Positions 60,569-64,000 of a stretch of DNA of 64,000 nucleotides are shown here, piece after piece. The notes below the pieces were generated by a model, which ran no database searches, was not told where the DNA came from, and saw only the letters and a program-made list of their open reading frames with translations. How positions within the stretch are numbered: the first letter of the stretch is position 1; each line of letters starts with the position of its first letter. The translations under genes and the position numbers were made by a program. Origin of the DNA: Methylobacter sp. (GTDB lineage: Bacteria > Pseudomonadota > Gammaproteobacteria > Methylococcales > Methylomonadaceae); contig SCPZ01000109.1 in NCBI GenBank assembly GCA_004299305.1, positions 44,918-108,917 of the forward strand. The letters are read 5' to 3'.

Positions 60569-61765
60569 TCACTCAGCCCGCAAAGCCTCCAACGGTTCCA
60601 ACCGCGCGGCCTTCATTGCCGGTGCTACTCCGGCGGCTATGCCGATCAGCAATGAGGCTATAAAGGCCGCAACGATATAGCCCCAAGCCAGTTCCACCGG
60701 TAAGGCGGGTAGTGCGATACCGAGAATCTTGACTATGCTTATGCCCAGCAATACGCCACATAGCCCGCCTGTGGCGCTTAATGCCAATGCCTCGCACAGG
60801 AACAGCTGGAAAATGGTTCTGCGTTCTGCGCCTACTGCGCGCAGCAGGCCGATTTCTGAAATTCTTTCGGAAACGGCGATGGTCATGATGGTTAGTATGC
60901 CGACCGAGCCGACCAGCAACGAAATGCTGCCCAAGGCTGCTACCGCCAGGGTCAGGATGTTCAGGATGGAATCCATGCTTTTCAGCATTTGGTTCTGGGT
61001 GACGAGGGTGAAATCTTCGCTGCCGTGCCTAGCAATCAACTGTCGTTTGATGGCTTTTTCTACGCCGGAAACAGCGGCATTACTTTTATAGAGCAGGTGG
61101 ATTTCCATCAGGCTTTCCCTGTCGAACAATTCCAGCGCTTTGGCAGCCGGGATGTAGATAGTGTCATCCATGTCGAAGCCGATCATCTGGCCTTTTTTTT
61201 CCATTACGCCGATAACCCTAAAACGGTCGCTGCCTATCCTGATGCGTTGGCCTAGCGGGCTTTTGGTTCCGAACAATTCGGTCGCCAATTTATTGCCCAG
61301 CACTGCAAAGGCGCGCGGATTGCTTTCTTCTTCCGGTAAAAAGCGCCCGCTGCTGGTTTTGATTGTCCATATTACCGGCACGGCTGAACCGACTCCCAGC
61401 ACGTTGGTGCGCCGCTGTTTTTCCCCTGCTTCAATGCGCGCATTGCCTTGCACCATCGGGGATGCGGCAATGATGTTTTCCACTTTGCTTAAGCTAACCA
61501 CATCGGCAAGGACCAACGGTCTAACCGTGCTTATCGATGCGCCGGACATGCCGAAGGTGGTGGTTTTTCCGGGATGAACGCCGATCAGGTTGGTGCCGAA
61601 CTGGGTGAATTCAGACAACACAAAGGTATGGATGCCCCGGCCTATCGAGGTTAACACGACTACCGCCGCGATGCCGATAATCAGTCCCAATGCGGTCAGC
61701 GATGAGCGCAGTTTGTGGCTGATAACCGTTCGGTAGGATAATGAGATCAGGTCGGCGTAGCGCAT
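60569..61765 (-). CDS. MacB/FtsX-type ABC permease 2
   Basis: MRYADL start at 61765; LRSSLTALGLIIGIAAVV, VSERISEIGLLRAVGA, PAMKAARLEPLEALRAE. Confidence 0.92.
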   Translation of the reverse strand: MRYADLISLSYRTVISHKLRSSLTALGLIIGIAAVVVLTSIGRGIHTFVLSEFTQFGTNLIGVHPGKTTTFGMSGASISTVRPLVLADVVSLSKVENIIAASPMVQGNARIEAGEKQRRTNVLGVGSAVPVIWTIKTSSGRFLPEEESNPRAFAVLGNKLATELFGTKSPLGQRIRIGSDRFRVIGVMEKKGQMIGFDMDDTIYIPAAKALELFDRESLMEIHLLYKSNAAVSGVEKAIKRQLIARHGSEDFTLVTQNQMLKSMDSILNILTLAVAALGSISLLVGSVGILTIMTIAVSERISEIGLLRAVGAERRTIFQLFLCEALALSATGGLCGVLLGISIVKILGIALPALPVELAWGYIVAAFIASLLIGIAAGVAPAMKAARLEPLEALRAE

Positions 61766-61769
61766 ATTT

Positions 61770-62975
61770 TTACCGCTTCGCCAAGGCGGCGACAGGATTG
61801 AGATTGGCCGCTTTCCTGGCCGGTAATACGCCAAACAGCAGCCCGGTAAATAACGACACAGCCAATGCGGCAAGCAGCGCCCAGGCCGGCAGTTCCATAG
61901 GAAAATCAGGGTACAAAGCCTGCAAAACGCCAAGCGTTAGGTAACCCAATAGTACGCCCAGCACGGCCCCGGCCAGCGATAACATCGCCGCTTCGCTCAA
62001 AAACAGCCACAGTAGTTGCCGTTTGGTCGCGCCTAATGCTTTCAGTAGGCCGATTTCTGCGGTGCGTTGGGTTACGCTGACCAGCATTACATTCATTACC
62101 AACACACCGGCCACCGCCAGGCTGATTCCGGCGATACTGGCTACGGTCAGGGTCAATGCGGTCAATATCTTGTCGAAAGTGCTGACCACGCTGTCTTGGG
62201 TAATCAGGGTGATGTCGTCTTCGCCTTCATGGCGGGCCTTGATAATTGTCCTGATTTCATCGACTGCCTTGTACATATCCGGCTTCGATTTGGCTTCAAT
62301 CAGCACTCTGAATAATGAATGGGTATCAAATAAAGCCTGCGCGGAAGCTACTGGTATGATCACGATTTCGTCAAAATCGATGCCGACCGATTGTCCTTCC
62401 GACGCGAGTACGCCGATCACTCGAAAACGCCGGTCATTGATGCGTAGCCATTGCCCAAGCGCCGGTTGATTGGCAAACAGTTGATTGCGTATGGTTTGGC
62501 CGATCACGCAAACCGACAGGGCCTTGTCGATCTCGGTTTGGGGTAGAAAGCTCCCCTGTGCCATTGTTAAGTGGCGTACCCGTCTTAATGCGTATGTTGA
62601 ACCTACGATATTGGTTTCCCGCTCCAATCCTTGCGAAGAGGCGGGGGCGGAACCTATGGTCAGCGGGGCGATGGCGGCAATATGATGACTGCGAAATAAT
62701 GCCTCGGCATCGTCCAGCGTTAAATCCCTGGGGGTTTCGCCAAACATCGGCGGCGGTCCGCCCGTGGTTTCGGTGCGTCCCGGCAACATAATAACCAGAT
62801 GCGTACCTAAGGCTTCAAACTCATTAACCACATAACGGCGAGCGCTTTCGCCCAAAGTCGTTAACACGGAAACCGAAGCGATGCCGATGCTCATGGCCAG
62901 GATAATCAACGCCGCACGTAAGCGCTGAGTATTGAGTGCGGCTAAGGCTTGGGTTAATGTGTCTTTAATAAACAT
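61770..62975 (-). CDS. MacB/FtsX-type ABC permease 1
   Basis: LAMSIGIASV, VMNVMLVSVTQRTAEIGLLKALGA, PARKAANLNPVAALAKR. Confidence 0.92.
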   Translation of the reverse strand: MFIKDTLTQALAALNTQRLRAALIILAMSIGIASVSVLTTLGESARRYVVNEFEALGTHLVIMLPGRTETTGGPPPMFGETPRDLTLDDAEALFRSHHIAAIAPLTIGSAPASSQGLERETNIVGSTYALRRVRHLTMAQGSFLPQTEIDKALSVCVIGQTIRNQLFANQPALGQWLRINDRRFRVIGVLASEGQSVGIDFDEIVIIPVASAQALFDTHSLFRVLIEAKSKPDMYKAVDEIRTIIKARHEGEDDITLITQDSVVSTFDKILTALTLTVASIAGISLAVAGVLVMNVMLVSVTQRTAEIGLLKALGATKRQLLWLFLSEAAMLSLAGAVLGVLLGYLTLGVLQALYPDFPMELPAWALLAALAVSLFTGLLFGVLPARKAANLNPVAALAKR

Positions 62976-63496
62976 GATTTACCTGATTCGGTTCTACTTT
63001 ATTTAGGGGCTTTGGTTATCAAGGTCTGTTGTGGTGTTTTAAGAATAACCCTCGATATAATTTTTAAAAAGACGCAAAAAATACAAAAAACCTTTAAATA
63101 ACAAGTCTTAATGATTTTTTATGGTTTGGGGGTGTATTGACATACTGTGATGAGTGGCGGTATAAATAATAAGTTTTTAAACGGGTCAAGAAATACGGTC
63201 ATGTCGTTAGTCGACACCGTCATAAAAAAATCCCCACACCGCCGATTCAGGTCCCGCGTTGTTATATTAAGTTCAGTGTCTACAGCAACGCAGAAAACAT
63301 GTCAATGCAAGATTTCAGATAAGAAAATACATTAAATAATAAACCGTTTAAATTTTATACATAAAACCTTAAAGAAAGTAAAATACAGCGGCTATGATAT
63401 AGGCACTGCAATAATTGGTAGTTTGTTTGTCTTAAAAAGACGTTCGAACGGATGCGCTTTCGATCTTAATTTTATAGTCTTACTTAATTGTGTTAA

Positions 63497-63654
63497 GGCG
63501 ATTGCCAAGAATAAATATACCCAAATGGCGCAGGATTTTTGTTCGTATTCAAGGCGTAAAAATGGGCGCATAGCGAGCTATGCAACCATTTTTACAACGC
63601 AGAAGACGGATAAAAAGACCAGTCAGGTGGGTATATTTTTCGCAGGAAATCGCC
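63497..63654. mobile_element. F4 MITE, inverted relative to 24954-25111
   Basis: TAA duplicated at 63494-96 and 63655-57; 153/158 identical to the higB copy by manual comparison. Confidence 0.92.
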
Positions 63655-63752
63655 TAATGAAAGTAAGCGGAAATTTAGCCAACAAGACATATCGATGAAA
63701 TACACAACAAACGTTGATTTTGTCAACACCATAATGAGCTCAGAAATTGAAT

Positions 63753-64000
63753 ATGAATGATATTATTAACAATAATCCCGCGACAAAAGCCCTGCCTTTT
63801 GTTATTTGGACATTGCAGCGCACTGGAGGCACTAATCTTACCCAACGATTAGTGGATCGTTCGGATTTAACTTGTGTTCAGCATGAGCCATTTAATCCAG
63901 GGCGTCTGTACGGTCATATCACCGAGCAATGGATAGCGTCGCATGATGAGTCGGCTCTTGTTAAGGAAATACAAGAGATAGCAGCTCAGCGAGTTCTCAT
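63753..64000 (+). CDS. Sulfotransferase-like (Stf0-type) protein, 3'-partial
   Basis: Manual translation MNDIINNNPATKALPFVIWTLQRTGGTNLTQRL..QHEPFNP: PAPS-binding R-T-G-G-T and HEPFN motifs; runs off the window and is absent from the ORF track. Confidence 0.6.
   Translation, partial: MNDIINNNPATKALPFVIWTLQRTGGTNLTQRLVDRSDLTCVQHEPFNPGRLYGHITEQWIASHDESALVKEIQEIAAQRVL

Noticed and set aside
63000-63480. Possible ncRNA or small ORF (63147-63335) in the AT-rich gap
   Set aside because: No recognisable riboswitch or sRNA motif and no coding signal; only a weak GGGGATTTTTTT-type terminator-like run on the minus strand.

Overview
64 kb of gammaproteobacterial chromosome; gene content and repeat types look Methylococcaceae/Methylobacter-like, but this is inference because no methane-oxidation gene is in the window. 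Left part (1-24.3 kb): the right-hand end of an NRPS gene cluster. It has a terminal thioester-reductase domain, MbtH, an STN-type TonB receptor, a PepSY reductase, a FecI-type sigma, FecR, a PvdE/SyrD-type exporter and an Ntn acylase. It also has an unusual tailoring set (sulfotransferase-SCP2 fusion, two chimeric GT1 glycosyltransferases, a carbamoyltransferase) and an atypical RND pump. 24.3-30 kb: a decayed higBA module, half of a MacAB-type transporter, secreted hypotheticals and IS debris next to the 3' end of tRNA-Met. 30-63 kb: mostly housekeeping and signalling genes: ychF, an ftsH paralogue plus a stand-alone M41-like protein, a FixL/FixJ-like pair, gcvP, rimK, rubredoxin, nnrS, yjbQ, cytochrome c4, a TBDR-YfiR-giant hybrid kinase/GGDEF/EAL operon, a B12 riboswitch with btuB-btuM, and two ABC permeases. 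Almost every larger intergenic gap holds short non-autonomous elements. Three shell types have GG..CC ends and 3-bp TNA target duplications, and one has GTAA..TTAC ends with 8-bp duplications. The shells carry interchangeable hairpin cargo, nest inside each other, and have visibly edited genes (higB, yfiR, rubredoxin). All calls are from reading sequence and motifs; no database searches were run.
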